From the human T2T-CHM13v2.0 reference genome, Homo sapiens: a stretch of DNA of 64,000 nt. Made by a program: the position numbers and the translations under genes. Below the pieces are notes generated by a model. That model made no database searches. It had not been told where the DNA came from and worked only from the letters and a program-made list of their open reading frames with translations. This document shows positions 44,710-61,424 of this stretch, piece by piece (positions within the stretch are counted from its first letter, which is position 1; the number at the start of each line of letters is the position of its first letter). Location: NCBI RefSeq assembly GCF_009914755.1, contig NC_060934.1. One strand, written 5' to 3'.

Positions 44710-46109
44710 ATCTAGAGTAATACTTCTCAAACTTCTTTTGATAAACATAAATATTACATTTGTCTGAAGTTTTTGATATACACCTTCTCTGCTCCCGCCT
44801 CCCCAAACCCTTCCTTGTTCAAGCAGAAATTCTCTATTTTCGCCTCTCCCTTCCTACCCAGTTGATAATCTCTACTTTGCTGGCTAAAGCAGGGGGCCAA
44901 AAGTTCTATGGTTTTCCAGGGTATAAATGACCCTCTTCACCTGTAAGATCTGATACTTAGCTACCCATACCCCACATACCACTCACACATACATCTATCT
45001 GAAAATTGTCATAAAATCTTAACATCACACAAATATAAAATAAAATAGTAACATGGGAAGTAAACAGCAAAAAGGAAAAAAAAAGGAAGCTATATAAGTT
45101 GATTCAAAAAGTAGTGCCTGATCATATAGCAAATGGTATAAGTTAGAACTGAGAAACATTGGATAGGCCAGAACAGTCAGGGAAGCCTTTATTGAGAGAA
45201 TGGGATTTGAACTGTATCTTGAAAAATGAATAATGCACATTGAAATAAAACATAAAATACTTTGCCTTTGTCATATAAAAATAAGAATTTGAAAACTTGG
45301 GCCATTCATCACTTAAAATGCATTTTTAAAAATTTCTGAGAAGATTGTGTACCCAGTTCTAGGATAACTTTTACAGAAAGGGATAAGAACATTTTGTTCT
45401 TCCTATAAAAATGGATAGGTTGGTAGATTAAGGGTCATGATCAAGTGAAACATAACTGGTTTTTACAGCTGCCAGTTTTAAAAGAAAACAGACACTGGCG
45501 AAGCTTTTTTTAATCTTTAAACAGTTTTAAAAAGTATATAGTGACAAAAGAGTAACTAAAAAATTAATCAAGAAAACAGAACATTATACTTTAATCAATA
45601 ATATAACAATTACGAGTTTTCAAAATTTCAGCCCAGATTATAGTCAATTACAAGAGACAGAAAATAGAGGAAAATATGTGCAGGGCATGGCCTACAGAGA
45701 AAGGTATAAATGTCTTATTCTCTCAGTCCAAACCCAAATTATTCCTATAACTTCCCAAGTCTATCAGACAAAATCCTTGTCCAAATGCCTGGACAAATTC
45801 TTGTCCAGGTCCAGCACTGATGGACAAGGCTAACATCTTAAACTCCAAACCAGATTCAGGTTTTCTCCTCAGTCTTCACCTGCTACTAAACCTACTTAGG
45901 GCATGAATGACCCTTCCTCAAGATATTTATCTCAGGTGAATGCGGCAGTAGTGTCTGACCAGTGGATTATGTTCTAAAAATTTATATCTAATAAGATTGC
46001 ACCTAAATTAACACATCTTAACACTCAAAATAGGATGGTGGTAAAGAGTGCAGACTTGAGCATTAGACCACCAGGGTTTCGATAATCCCCACTCTTATGA
46101 AGATACATA

Positions 46110-46352
46110 TTCTAATTTATATGTACACATATATATATAGAGACAGAGAGAGAGATGAGCTGTGCTATATGTTTATGTATTTATATATTATATGTAAATT
46201 TTTATATATTATATAGTATATAATACATACATATATAATATATAATATATAAATATATAATATATACATATAATATATAATATATACATATAATATATTA
46301 ACATATATAATAATATATAATATATTTATATATAAATACATATTATATATAT
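46110..46352. repeat. (TA)n-rich low-complexity tract
   Basis: Directly visible in the sequence. Confidence 0.9.
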
Positions 46353-46460
46353 GTTGCTGCGCTATATTTATTATACTTTACCAACAGCATTCACAGGACA
46401 GAGCAATACTCATTCTAAGACATTGTAAGTGGGACTGGCAAGTTGTAAATTAGCAATCTA

Positions 46461-46821
<361 letters not shown>

Positions 46822-48548
46822 TCACTCAGTAGTTCTACTCTCTGAAGTCTGAAGTAACTATAGCCTCGCAAAAATCTATAAAAACAGAGATGTTCATAAT
46901 AGCATAATCTGTTAGATGAGAAATGAATTCAAGCTAAATACTTATCAGTGGAAAATTAACAGTAATAATAGCCTTTCATAAATAGCATTTACTTTGTATC
47001 AGGCAATATTCTAAGAGGTTTTCATGTGTTGACTCATTTAATCCTTTCAACAGACGAGTACTATATTCTCAATTTTAAAATAGAGAAATTGACGTACCCA
47101 AATTAAGATGTCCAAAGTCATACAGATAAAAGGTGGTAGAACCAGGAAATAATCCAAAGTCTGTGTTCTCAACAACCATAAAATACTGCCTCTCAGGAGA
47201 ATGGAATTATGGTATGTCCACACAATAGACTACTAAATAACCACTGATTTGGGTTTATGAATTATGTATTCAAACTTTGGAAATGCTTATGTTGTAATGT
47301 TAAGTGAAAAAAAGCAAGATAAAATCATACATAAACACACTCACAGTTATTATTCCAACTAAGTAAAACAAGACTGAATTAAAGATGTTTTTTTCTTTCT
47401 TCCCTATATTTTCTAAAATCTTTGTAATACTGTATTTAACTTTTTTATACAAGAGGCAACTGGAAAGTACAGCCATACTTTTGCTGATGAGAGAATAGAT
47501 CTCAACGATACACTTTGTTTTCAAAAACTTATTTATGAAAAATAGCAAGGTTAGGCAGATAAAGATTATGCCTTTGGAATCAAAAAACTTATGCTGAAAA
47601 ACCTGAAACACTCCACCCAAACCCTGTAAGGAAGATTTATCCTCATCTGTAGAATGGGGATATAAACAAACCCTACAATCACTGCAAAGATCAAATAAGA
47701 TGGTTCAGGTGGAAACAAATTGGAAAGAAATTTGGTATTATTTCTCAGTCTGAAGTACAGGCCAGCATAACCTTTAGGTTATCATCTTAGACAACACTGC
47801 CTCCAAAAAGTGTCTCCTGACTGCCTAAATCTAGCTTCTTTAGCCTTGGCTTAGGAGCAATTACACCCCAAATGTGACGTATCACTTATCACACTGAGTA
47901 TTGTCTGTTTAATCACTTTCTATTTGGGGGAACTTCAATAGCTATTTTGAAGTTTGCAGCAAACTTTAAAAGCTTGCTCATATAGCCTTCCAAAAGACTT
48001 CTATTAAATACAGGCCTCTGAACATTTAGCTTTCCATGTAGGATGCAGTAGTCTGAAGCATGTAAACATTACCACTTACAATAACTGGAAAGGCTGGATA
48101 TGAGATAGGAGGTGAGACTGGACTCCAGAGGCAGGGCTCAGATGCTGAACCAGATTGAGGACTAACTAAAACAGGGCCAGGGTGGAAGCAGCTTTCAATC
48201 AGATGCCCCCCCAACATGCCGTTTCAATTTATGTTTGCCATGAACACAGAGTTACTGCCCCTTTCTGCGGAAATGACTCAATGAGCCCAAATTTCTGCAT
48301 CAACCACCCCTTAATCTACATGCAATTAAAAGTGGGCATAAATATGACTGCAAAACTGCCCTGAGCTGCTACTCTCTTGCCTACAGGGTATCCCTGCTCT
48401 GCAGGAGCAGTCACAGAGCTGTAACACTGTTTCTTTAATAATGCTGTTTTCTTCTATCACTGGCTTGCCCTTGAATTCTCTCCTGGGCAAAGCCAAGAAC
48501 CCTCCTGGGCTGAGCTCCACTTTGGGGCTTGCCTGCCCTGCATCAGCT

Positions 48549-48566
48549 TGGTACCCAATGCAGGGT
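48549..48566 (+). promoter_or_regulatory. Decayed PBS, closest to tRNA-Lys(CUU)
   Basis: tggtacccaatgcagggt vs TGGCGCCCAACGTGGGGC: 12/18 match, all mismatches transitions, located 3 nt after the LTR end. Confidence 0.5.
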
Positions 48567-50267
48567 GAAGAAAGAAGATGGCTTCATGAGATATGGCAGT
48601 CGGAGATCTGGGAGCCACAGTCTGTAAGGTGGCAGTCGGCCAGTGACAGTCAGCAGGGCAGTAGTCAAGGACTGGCCAGGCAGCAGTCAGAGATCTGCCT
48701 GCTGGCAATCCACAGAGTGATGGTCAGCAGGAAAGTAATCATCTGGACAGCAGTTGGCAGGAAGGCAATCATCGATGGGAGGGCAGGAAGGCAGGACAGC
48801 AGTCAGTGGATGGCAATTGACGAGATGAGGAGCAGAGAGGGAGCAAAGCAGAGCTGTAATACTCTAACACCAACCAAGGGCTCTTTTCAGAGCTACATTT
48901 TCCCCGGCAAGCAGCAGAGCCCATCAGAAGAGCAAGCAGCCACAGTTCCACTACCTCGTGTAGGGCCTGCTTCTCCCCACCGCAGCCTGGTGGGTTACCT
49001 GTGCAGGCCCATCCCACTGCCACAGTTGAGCCTACTGGTGGAGTGGCCATAATGCAGTCTGCCTCATGTGACACCCGCCCCTCCTGCTGGCAGCCCGGTG
49101 GGTTACCACCCATGCAAGCCCTTCCCACTGCTGCAGTTGAACCAAGCCCATGCAAGTTGAGGTATCCTGGAGAGATCTTCACCAAGGTCCCACACTAAAA
49201 ATCAGTCAGCGCCGTTTCCACTCTGGTGAAGAGGTGACTGTTCCTTCTGCCCACACTCCCATAGTATCAGGAGAACTAGGGAATAAAGTAACAGCCTTTG
49301 GCTAGGCAATTGCTTAGAAGTCCCTCATTGTTTGAATGCCAGAAAGCATGTCCTTGTCACCCCTTCTCCCACTCCTTTGTCTTCTGACTCCATTGTATTG
49401 TTCCATCAGTCATTTTATTTTCAGTCCTAAAATGGGTGCAGTCTTATGTTTGCTTTTAACTTTCTGTTAATTGTGTGTGGGTAATTATAACAAGACACTT
49501 GATTGTGAGAGACCCCTGTTTTGTTCACTCTAGGATGCCAGAGTCATGTCGTTCTGTGACCCCAACTTGGTCTTGGGTTCACTGCTGGCCACCCCCTGGG
49601 TGGCCCAGGGTTTTCAACACTTGGCGAGGGGACCCTTATTGGCTGCAATTTGGACACTCTGAATTTTCAGCATTGGTAATTTTGACCACCCTCCAGATGC
49701 TTTGGGGTATTTGGTGTTGACATTCCCTATAGTATTGTGGGTTATAGCCGCTCCCCCAGGCGAATGTTGGTCTTGCCTTTTTCTGCCCTAAAGTTTGAAG
49801 TATTATTTTCTTAATTGCCAATTCCAAGTGCTTTCCTGTGTGCTGTCTTATAACTGCTTTGCTCAAGCCCCTCTTGGTCAAAGGAAATGGGGAGTTCCTA
49901 GGCCCCTGGCCTGACAGAGCTACCTACAGCATTAGCCAAGTGGCCACCCAATATTCTTTTTCAGTGTCTCTGCTACTGGGTAGGTTCTCTGGCAAGTCAG
50001 AGCCTCTGAGGTCTCCACCTGGGCAACGCTGTCTACCCTTCCCTTCCTCCCTTACACAGTCACCATCTGTTTAGCCCATCTCTCTGCACAACCCTCACTC
50101 TCTGTGGAATTTTGGCTTAACAGCCACCTAACTGCCCATTTGAAGCTTGTAATCTACTTTTGTAACACCTTGCTATCAATAGAAAGTGGGAAATGAAAAG
50201 AGAAAAGTAAGTAGGCATTTACTAAACTTAGGCTAACTGAAACCCCTTGTAGTGACCCTTACTAGAC

Positions 50268-52145
<1,878 letters not shown>

Positions 52146-52189
52146 GAGGCCCAAGGTCCTCTACGGCTCCCACTGGACACCTTACAATC

Positions 52190-55100
52190 TCCATGGAAGA
52201 ACCTCGGGTAACTCCTGATGGAACAGGCAAAAATACTGAGTTCTTATTGGATATAGGAGTAGCCTACTCAGATTTAACCCATTTCTCAGGGCCACTGTCT
52301 TCCTACTCTTGTACAGTAATGAGAATTGATGGCCATCCAAAAATAAGGAGATTCACTCACCCCCTTGGTTGTACCATGGGGTACCATGTTTTCCCACAGG
52401 TTCTTCCTCATGCCTGAGTGTTCTATCCCTCTCATGGGGAGACACTTACTTTCCCAATTACAGGCCACAGTTCAGTTTGGGATGCCTCATGAGAAGGCCA
52501 ACAGGCCAGGAAGGGACACTTCTCCTAACTTTAAGTGCTTTTCTTAACACAGATAAGAAGACCTCCCTTCCGTCACATATTGTTTCTCAAGTAGACCCCT
52601 CTGTTTGGGACACAGAAGTTCCCAGCAGAGCTGTTAATATACCCCCAGTTGAGGTTGTTTTAAAACCCAATGTTAATTATTCATGGAAAAAACAGTATCC
52701 TTTGAGACCCGAGGCTCAGAGTGGCATCCAGGCCCTAGTAACAAAGTTCCCAAAGTATGGATTATTACAATGCTGTCAGTCTCCATGTAACACCCCCATT
52801 TTACCTGTAAAAAAACCAAATGGGGAGTATAGATTTGTTCAGGATCTAAGGGCAGATAATAAGGCAGTAGTCCCAGTTCATTCAATAGTTCTTAATCCTT
52901 ACAATATTGACCCAAGTCCCTGAAGATGCTTATTGGTTCATAGTGTTAGACTTAAAGGATGCTTTCTTTTTATATTCCTAGTATATTTTTGCTTTTGAAT
53001 GAACTGATCCAAACACTCATGCTGCATCTCAGCTTACCTAGACAGTTCTTCCCCAAGGTTTTAGGGATAGTTCCCACCTCTGTGGCAATGATTTGGACAA
53101 AGAGTTAAGGGAACTACAGTAAACTAATGGGTCCCTCTTGCAATATGTAGATGACTTATTAGTTTCTAGCTCTACTAGGGAAGACTCTGACAGAGACACA
53201 ATCCAGCTCTTTAATTTTCTGGGAAAGTGAGGGTATCAGGTATCCCCCCATATAGCCCAGATCTTTGCAGAAGGTTAAATATTGGGGATATGTGCTTACT
53301 CCTGGGACAAGGACTTTGGTCCCAAGGACTTGCTCCTCCTTGCCTTCCACCATGTTTGTGAGGCTTCCCAGCCACATGGAACTGTAAGTCCAATTAAACC
53401 TCTTTCCTTTGCAAATTGCCCAGTCTCAGGTATGCCTTTATCAGCAGTGTGAAAATGGACTAACACAGCATCCTAACTCAAAGGTTAGGGAATAGCTCCA
53501 GACCAGTGGCTTACTTTTCTAAACAGCTAGACCAGATGGCAGCAGGGTGGCCAGGTTGCTTGTGAGCCATGGCTGCCACCACTCTACTGGTAGAAGAAGC
53601 CAGAAAGTTTACCTTTGGACAACAATTAGATATCATGAGCCCCCACCAAGTACAGGAGGTCTTAGCAACAAAAGGACACCAATGGTTAACAGGAGCTCAC
53701 TTACTTAAATACAAGGCCCTTCTGCTTGACACCCCAGATGTAACTCTTAACGTATGTAAAATTTTAAACCCTGCTACCTTGTTACCAAAGTTCATGTCCC
53801 AGGAAACAGATCCCCAACTCACTCATTCCTATGTGGAAACCACAGAATAGATCTACTCTAGCAGGCCTGACCTCAAAGATGAGCCCCTGCCTAATCCTGA
53901 TGTTGAGTGGTTTACAGAGAAGAGTAGCTTTACACATGAGGGAGTAAAAAGGGTGGGTTATGCAGCAGTTAGCCAACAAGCAGTCACTAAGGCAAAAACA
54001 TTGTCTCCCCAGACTTCCACTCAAAAAGCAGAACTAATTGCTTTATTAATCGGGGCCCTCCAATCAGGAAAAGACTTAAGAGTCAATATATATACTGACT
54101 CTAAATATGGGTTTCTGGTGCTCCATACTCATGCTGTTAAATGGAAAGAAAAGTGACTATTAACAGCTAAGGGATCCCCCATACAATATCACTTTGAGAT
54201 CCTGGAACTTTTAGATGCTGTCCAGCTCCCAAAGGAGGTAGCAGTTATACACTATTCACTACTGGGGACGCCAAAAGGGAGAAATCTCTATTATCAAAGG
54301 AAATGCTCTGGCTGACAGAGCAGCTAAGACCATAGCTAAAGAACACCAGTATTACAGGCCACTGCACTAATGCCAGGTACTCCACCCATGTCAGCCACAC
54401 GATATTATACCCATGAGGAAATTAATTGGGCAGAACAGAAAGGCTTACAAAAAGATCCCTCAGCATGGTTACTAGGAAGCAACAAACTTTTTCTTCCCAA
54501 GGCTGAGCAATGGAAGATAGTTAAGTATTTCCATGACTCCTCACCTTTGGGATGGGACTCCCTATTCAAATTAGGTTTTCAAATCTTTTGGGGAAAGAAA
54601 CTATTCCAGACTGTAAAGAGGGTCACCAAGGCCTATGAACTTTGTGCCTGTAATGGCCCAGGAAGACACCCCATAGCCCCACCTCTACTCAAATCTGTAC
54701 AATATCGAGGGACATACCCTGGGGAGGACTGGCAACTAGATTTTACTCAGATGCCACTTTTCAGGGGACTAACATATTTGCTAGTATTTATAGACACTTT
54801 CATTAGGTGGACTGAAGCTTTCCCTACAAGGACAGAGAAGGCATTAAAAGTGTCCAGATTTTTACTTAAAGAGATCATCCCACGATTTGGATTACCTAAA
54901 AGTCTGCAGAATGATAACAGATCCTCCTTCACAGCTAAAGTGACCCAGCAGGTTTCCTTAGCCTTAGGTATTACCTATCAACTTCACTCCTCCTGGAGAC
55001 CTCAATCCTCAGGTAACGCAGCAAAAGCTCATATTTTAACAAGGATATTAGCAAAGTTCTGTCGGAAGATCTCAGAGGCCTGGGTTTCTCTCTTACCAAC

Positions 55101-55601
55101 AGCCCTTTCATGTGTAAAGATGGCTCCAAAGGGAACTCTGAAACTTAGTCCATTTGAATTGACTCATGGAGACCCTTTTTAACTTCAGACCTCCTGCTTG
55201 ATTAAGAGACACATAGAATGAGCACCCATATTATCAACTTAGGCCAGGTTCTGAAGGCCCTCCAAGCATATGGAAATAAAATATTGCCCCCTCCCCAAAG
55301 GGAAATAATTAACCGCCCTGTTCGACCAGGAAACTTAGTCCCGCTAAAAACTTGGAAAGAAGGATCCCCTGAAGATCATTTACAGTCAAAATGGAAGGGC
55401 CCCTATCAGGTGTTATTGAGTACCCACACTACTGTTAAACTTCAGGGAATAGCTAGTTGGGTACACCCGTCCAGGATTAAACATGTTTTGTATGAGTCGC
55501 AGGCACAAAAGGAGGACACCACAAACTACATATATGAGCCTTTGGAGGATCTCTGCTACTTGCTTAAAAGAATCAACACTCAGCCAGAAGTGGTAACATG
55601 A
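52190..55601 (+). pseudogene. pol: ERV1 pro-pol pseudogene
   Basis: Protease FLLDIGVAYS; RT SPCNTPILPVKKPNGEYRFVQDLR and QYVDDLL; RNase H VNIYTDSKYG; integrase WQLDFTQMP...IDTF (ORF 54370-55182) and WKGPYQVLL. Confidence 0.9.
53329..53467 (+). mobile_element. THE1B-like LTR 3' fragment inside pol
   Basis: cttgctcctccttgccttccaccatg...attaaacctctttcctttgcaaattgcccagtctcagg...aatggactaacaca. Confidence 0.85.
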
Positions 55602-55840
55602 TGCTGTGGGTAGGAAAAGGCACTTTAATTTTGCTCTTCTTCCTGCTCTGTTTTTTACCCCTCCTAGGATGTTTGATCACTATCTTTTCACTAATTTTTT
55701 GCCCTTGCTTGTTTAGCCTCTTAAAGTTAATGTATTCTAGATTACAACCGTTCCAGGTAAAACAATGCTGGCACAAGGCTTCCAACCCATCCCATCTACT
55801 GACCTGGAGAATAAAAGCATTCTGCCTCTGGGCCCCTTAG
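55598..55840 (+). pseudogene. env: Collapsed env: signal-peptide-like start fused to the TM anchor and cytoplasmic tail (80-aa ORF)
   Basis: MMLWVGKGTLILLFFLL joined to FLPLLGCLITIFSLIFCPCLFSLLK...SRLQPFQVK. Located between the end of integrase and the 3' LTR. Confidence 0.65.
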
Positions 55841-56415
55841 ATTAGGCATCCAGAGATTTTTTACTACAGTTTGAGCCTATGCCCATAAGCTCAGCAGGAA
55901 GCAGTAACAGAAGATGGACCTCCGCCCTTCTGAAGCCTGTTTAAGATTAAGGAGGAGTATCTAATCTGATGCAGGACTCAGCTCCAGAGGTGAGACTTAG
56001 ACATCAGGCCAGATTGAGGACTAACTAAAACAGGGCCAGAGCAAAAGCAACTTTCAATCAGACATGCCTACCAGCCTGCCATGGCAACACCCAGGAGTTA
56101 CTGCCCCTTTCCATGGCAATGACCCAGTGAGCCAAAAGTTACTACTGCTTCCCTAGAAATTTCTGCATGAACTGCCCCTTAATCTGCATGCAATTAAAAG
56201 TGGGTATAAATATGACTGCAAAGCTGCCCTGAGCTGCTACTCTCTGCCTACAGGATAGCCCTGCTCTGCAGGAGCTTCACAGAGCTGTAACACTGCTTAT
56301 TCAATAATGCTGTTTTCTTCTACCTCTGGCTTGCCCTTGAATTCTTTCCTGGGCAAAGCCAAGAACGCTTGTGGGCTAAGCTCCACTTTGGGGCTTGCCT
56401 GCCCTGCATCAGATA

Positions 56416-57826
56416 CATTGTAAAAATCATATGTTTAAAGGTATCAAAGAGCTACAAAGGCAATAAGGAGTATCAGAAACAAAATTCCAGAGAGCAGAGA
56501 ACCATTCATAGGTGATCTAAGGGTCTAAAGTGCTTTCAGGGCATTTGCCATTTCTGAGCAAATATTTGGGGTATGTGCTCACTCCTGGGACAAGGACTTT
56601 GGCTAGTGGCTGAGATCTGGAATTGGGCCAAGCACAGGAATGCTGCTTACAGACAGAAACGAATGAAACTTTTTATAGACACATGGGCAGGAGTGACAAA
56701 ATAGAAGATTTAAGAAGCCTCAAACACAAGCTTCCTCCTCAAGGTATTTTCTGAATTTTTAAGATGAGTCAAAACTTTAGAAAAGCAGAATGGAATTTCC
56801 TAGAGTCTATGAATACTTACTATTTAGGAAACAAAGACTGGTTAGGGAAAAGAGCCTTGAATACAGCCATGGCAGGTGAAAGCCCTGGAGATTAATACTA
56901 ACATCTGCTGTCACATTTGCCAATATGGGCACAGCTAGAGGCTGAGAATCCACACTTGTCAGAAGGCTGCTTCTGAAAAATAGAGAAACTGGTGGAGTTT
57001 TGGCAGTTGTACAGTTGTACCAAAATTGGAGACTTGACAGACTTTAAACCAGCAGCCTCTCTATTCCTCAATAAATCTGTGATATTTTGAAGCTTCATGG
57101 GGTGGAAGGCTAAAGAGCTAATCCAAAACCTCTGTAAAGTGGAGTGAAAATTTCCACAGAGCCTTGGTTCTAAACAAAGGACCCCAGGCTCTCAATGAAA
57201 AGCCATGAAGTACCACTTCCTAGGAACAGGGAAACAAAAGTGGACTAGTCTGACCAAAATTGCAAACCAGACTTGACCTAAATAAGTGCATAAACTGGAT
57301 TAAGGTGTTCAGATCCCCATTCTATTTTCTTAGACTAGGAAAGAGTGAATCTTAATTTTAAAAATAAGTGTTTAAAAGGAAGGAAGGAAAAAACAAAGGA
57401 AGGAAGGGTTGATGGGTAAATCACCTCTGGTGGAAGAAACCATCTTCTGAAGCCTTGAGAGTTGGGGTGTTATTATTTTAACATAATACATCTTACATGG
57501 CTGATAACCAATAAAAGCAGACCCATAGGTCATACAGATATTGGAGTTAGCAGACCAGGACTTTAAAATACCTATGACTTATATATATGAATATATATTC
57601 AAATAAAGGAAAAGACAGACAGTAGAAATGAAAAGATACAAAATTTCAACAGAGAAATGGAATTTATAGAAAGAATCAAATGGACATTCTGACTCAAACT
57701 AAATATCTGACATTAATAACTCAATGGATGTGTGTAAAAATAGATTGACCTAACAGAAGACAGGATAGTAAACTCAAAAGAAATCAATAGAAAATATCCA
57801 AACTCACACACATAAGCGCGCGCGCG

Positions 57827-57880
<54 letters not shown>

Positions 57881-58098
57881 AGACTGCTGGGGAGTAGGAG
57901 AGAACAAAGGAAGAGAGAAGAAAAAAAATGAAGAAGACACAAACAGAGAGGGAAAACAGTGCTAGAGACTTATGGGACATGGGCAAAATATCTAATATAC
58001 ATGTATTTAGAATTCCAGAAGAGCAGAGAGGAAATGGAACACCAGCAGTATTTGAGGAGATATGTTGGAGGATTTTCTAAAAGTGATGAAAGATCCAC
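56416..58098 (+). mobile_element. Ancient L1M 5'/ORF1 region (host of the ERV1 provirus)
   Basis: ORF1-like sequence (cagatattggagttagcagaccaggactttaaaata...; acatgtatttagaattccagaagagcagagagg). Confidence 0.6.
57816..57879. repeat. (GC)10(AC)22 alternating purine-pyrimidine tract
   Basis: Directly visible in the sequence. Confidence 0.95.
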
Positions 58099-59690
<1,592 letters not shown>

Positions 59691-59693
59691 AAT

Positions 59694-59694
<1 letters not shown>

Positions 59695-59731
<37 letters not shown>
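59695..59731. repeat. (CA)n microsatellite
   Basis: Directly visible in the sequence. Confidence 0.95.
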
Positions 59732-59734
<3 letters not shown>

Positions 59735-59969
59735 TGGCTACAGTGGGAAGAAACAAAAACCTGAAACAGAGGTTCACAATTTGATCTAAATAAGATCTGT
59801 TTTGGAAACCACTTTGGCAGTTCCTCAAAATGTTAAAGTTATCATATGTCCTAGCAATTCTACTCCTATGTATACACACAAGAGAGTTAAAAACACATGT
59901 CCATTCAAAAACTTATACATGAATGTTCAAAGCAACATTATTCAAAATAGCAAGAAAATGGAAACAATC

Positions 59970-60271
59970 GGCCAGGTGCGGTGGCTCATGCCTGTAATCC
60001 CAGCATTTTGGGAGGCCGAGGCAGGCAGATTCCCTGAGATCAGGAGTTCAAGATTAGCCTGGCCAACATGGTGAAATCCTGTCTCTACTAAAAATACAAA
60101 AATTACCCGGGTGTGGTGGCACACGCCTGAAATCCCAGCTACTCGGGAGGCTGAGGCAGGAGAATTGCTTGAGGTGGAGGTTGCAGTGAGCCGAGATTGT
60201 GCCTCTGCATTCCAGCCTGGCCGACAGAGCAAGACTCTGTCTCAAAAAAAAAAAAAAAAAAAAAAAAAAAA
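59970..60271 (+). mobile_element. AluS
   Basis: TSD about aaaatggaaacaatc / aaaaggaaaccatc. Confidence 0.93.
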
Positions 60272-60416
60272 GGAAACCATCAAAATCTCCATCAACCAAT
60301 GAAATAAGCAAACTGTGGCATATCCATACAATGGAATATTATTTGGCCATGAAAAGAAGTACTGATGCATGTTACAACATGAAAGAACTTTGAAAACATT
60401 ATACGAAATTCGTTAA

Positions 60417-60927
60417 CCCTTTTTCTGTTTGCCCCAGGAATACTTGCCAGCAGCACCTGTGGCTGCAAGGGTTACCCAGAGATAACTTTGCCACAGAATA
60501 TCTCACTTTTATTATTATTTTTGCATCACTTTAGTATATCAACTTTGGAGACAAAATATATCATTCTATTCATAGAATTCTGTTTTTAGTAGTGGCATTT
60601 CCATTTACAAAATATAGTAATTCTTGATCACTGAAAATGTCAAATCCTAGAAAACAGCATTCCTACGTGGGATGATAACATCATTCTTGAACAATTGTTG
60701 GCCAAAGATTCATTTGATGAATCTAATTTTTCCAAAATAGGCGATTCTGATGAGTCAGATGATGCTGATGTTAGTTCGGTTTAGAAATAACTCCAAGAAC
60801 AGTTCTTGTATTTTATTTTCACATTGAGAAACAGGCAGATTTGCTTCAGCCTCAAAGAGTATGTTTATGTAAAATTAAATGAGTGCTGGCAGAGAGCTGT
60901 ATTTTTTTTTTCTAAACAAGAAAAGGG
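60417..60927. mobile_element. MER75 non-autonomous piggyBac
   Basis: TTAA|CCCTTTTTCTGTTT ... AAACAAGAAAAGGG|TTAA: terminal inverted repeats and a TTAA TSD, about 510 bp long. Confidence 0.9.
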
Positions 60928-61424
60928 TTAAGTGAAAGAGGCCAGATACAAAAGACCACACATTGTATGACTCCATCTATATGAAATGTCCTGAATTAGA
61001 AAATCCATAGAAACAGAAAGTAGATGTGTAGTTGCCAGGGGCTGGGTGTAGAAAGAATGGAGAGTAACTGTTAATGGGTATAAGTGGGTTTTTGGGGGGC
61101 AGGTGATGAAAATGCTGTGAAATTAGGTAGTCATAATGGTTCCACAACTCTGCAAATATACTAATAACCAGTGAATTGTATACATTAAGAGGATTAGTTT
61201 TATATTACGTGGAATATATCTCAAACTATTTAAAAATGAGCAAAACATTTGAACAGGCACTTCACAAAAGAGTACAACTAAACAGTCAATTTGTGAAAAG
61301 GTACTCAACTTCATTTGTCATCAGGGTTATGTGAAGTAAAACCATAATGAGATACTACTACACACCAACCAGATGGCTAAAATGAAAAGGACAGAAAATT
61401 CTAAGAGTTCATAAAGACACAGAG

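Larger units (their letters stand above)
59795..61235 (+). mobile_element. L1M (MB/MC-type) 3' region, interrupted by an Alu and MER75
   Basis: ttggcagttcctcaaaatgttaaag...aatggaatattatttggcc...agtgaaagaggccagatacaaaagacc. Confidence 0.75.

Noticed and set aside
48441-49185. 203-aa and 138-aa ORFs
   Set aside because: They lie in the GC-richer ERV LTR/leader with internal repeats and have no recognisable domain.
54370-55182. 270-aa integrase ORF as a domesticated gene
   Set aside because: The HHCC motif is damaged, the catalytic Glu region reads SSGNAAKAH, and the C-terminus is split off by a stop.
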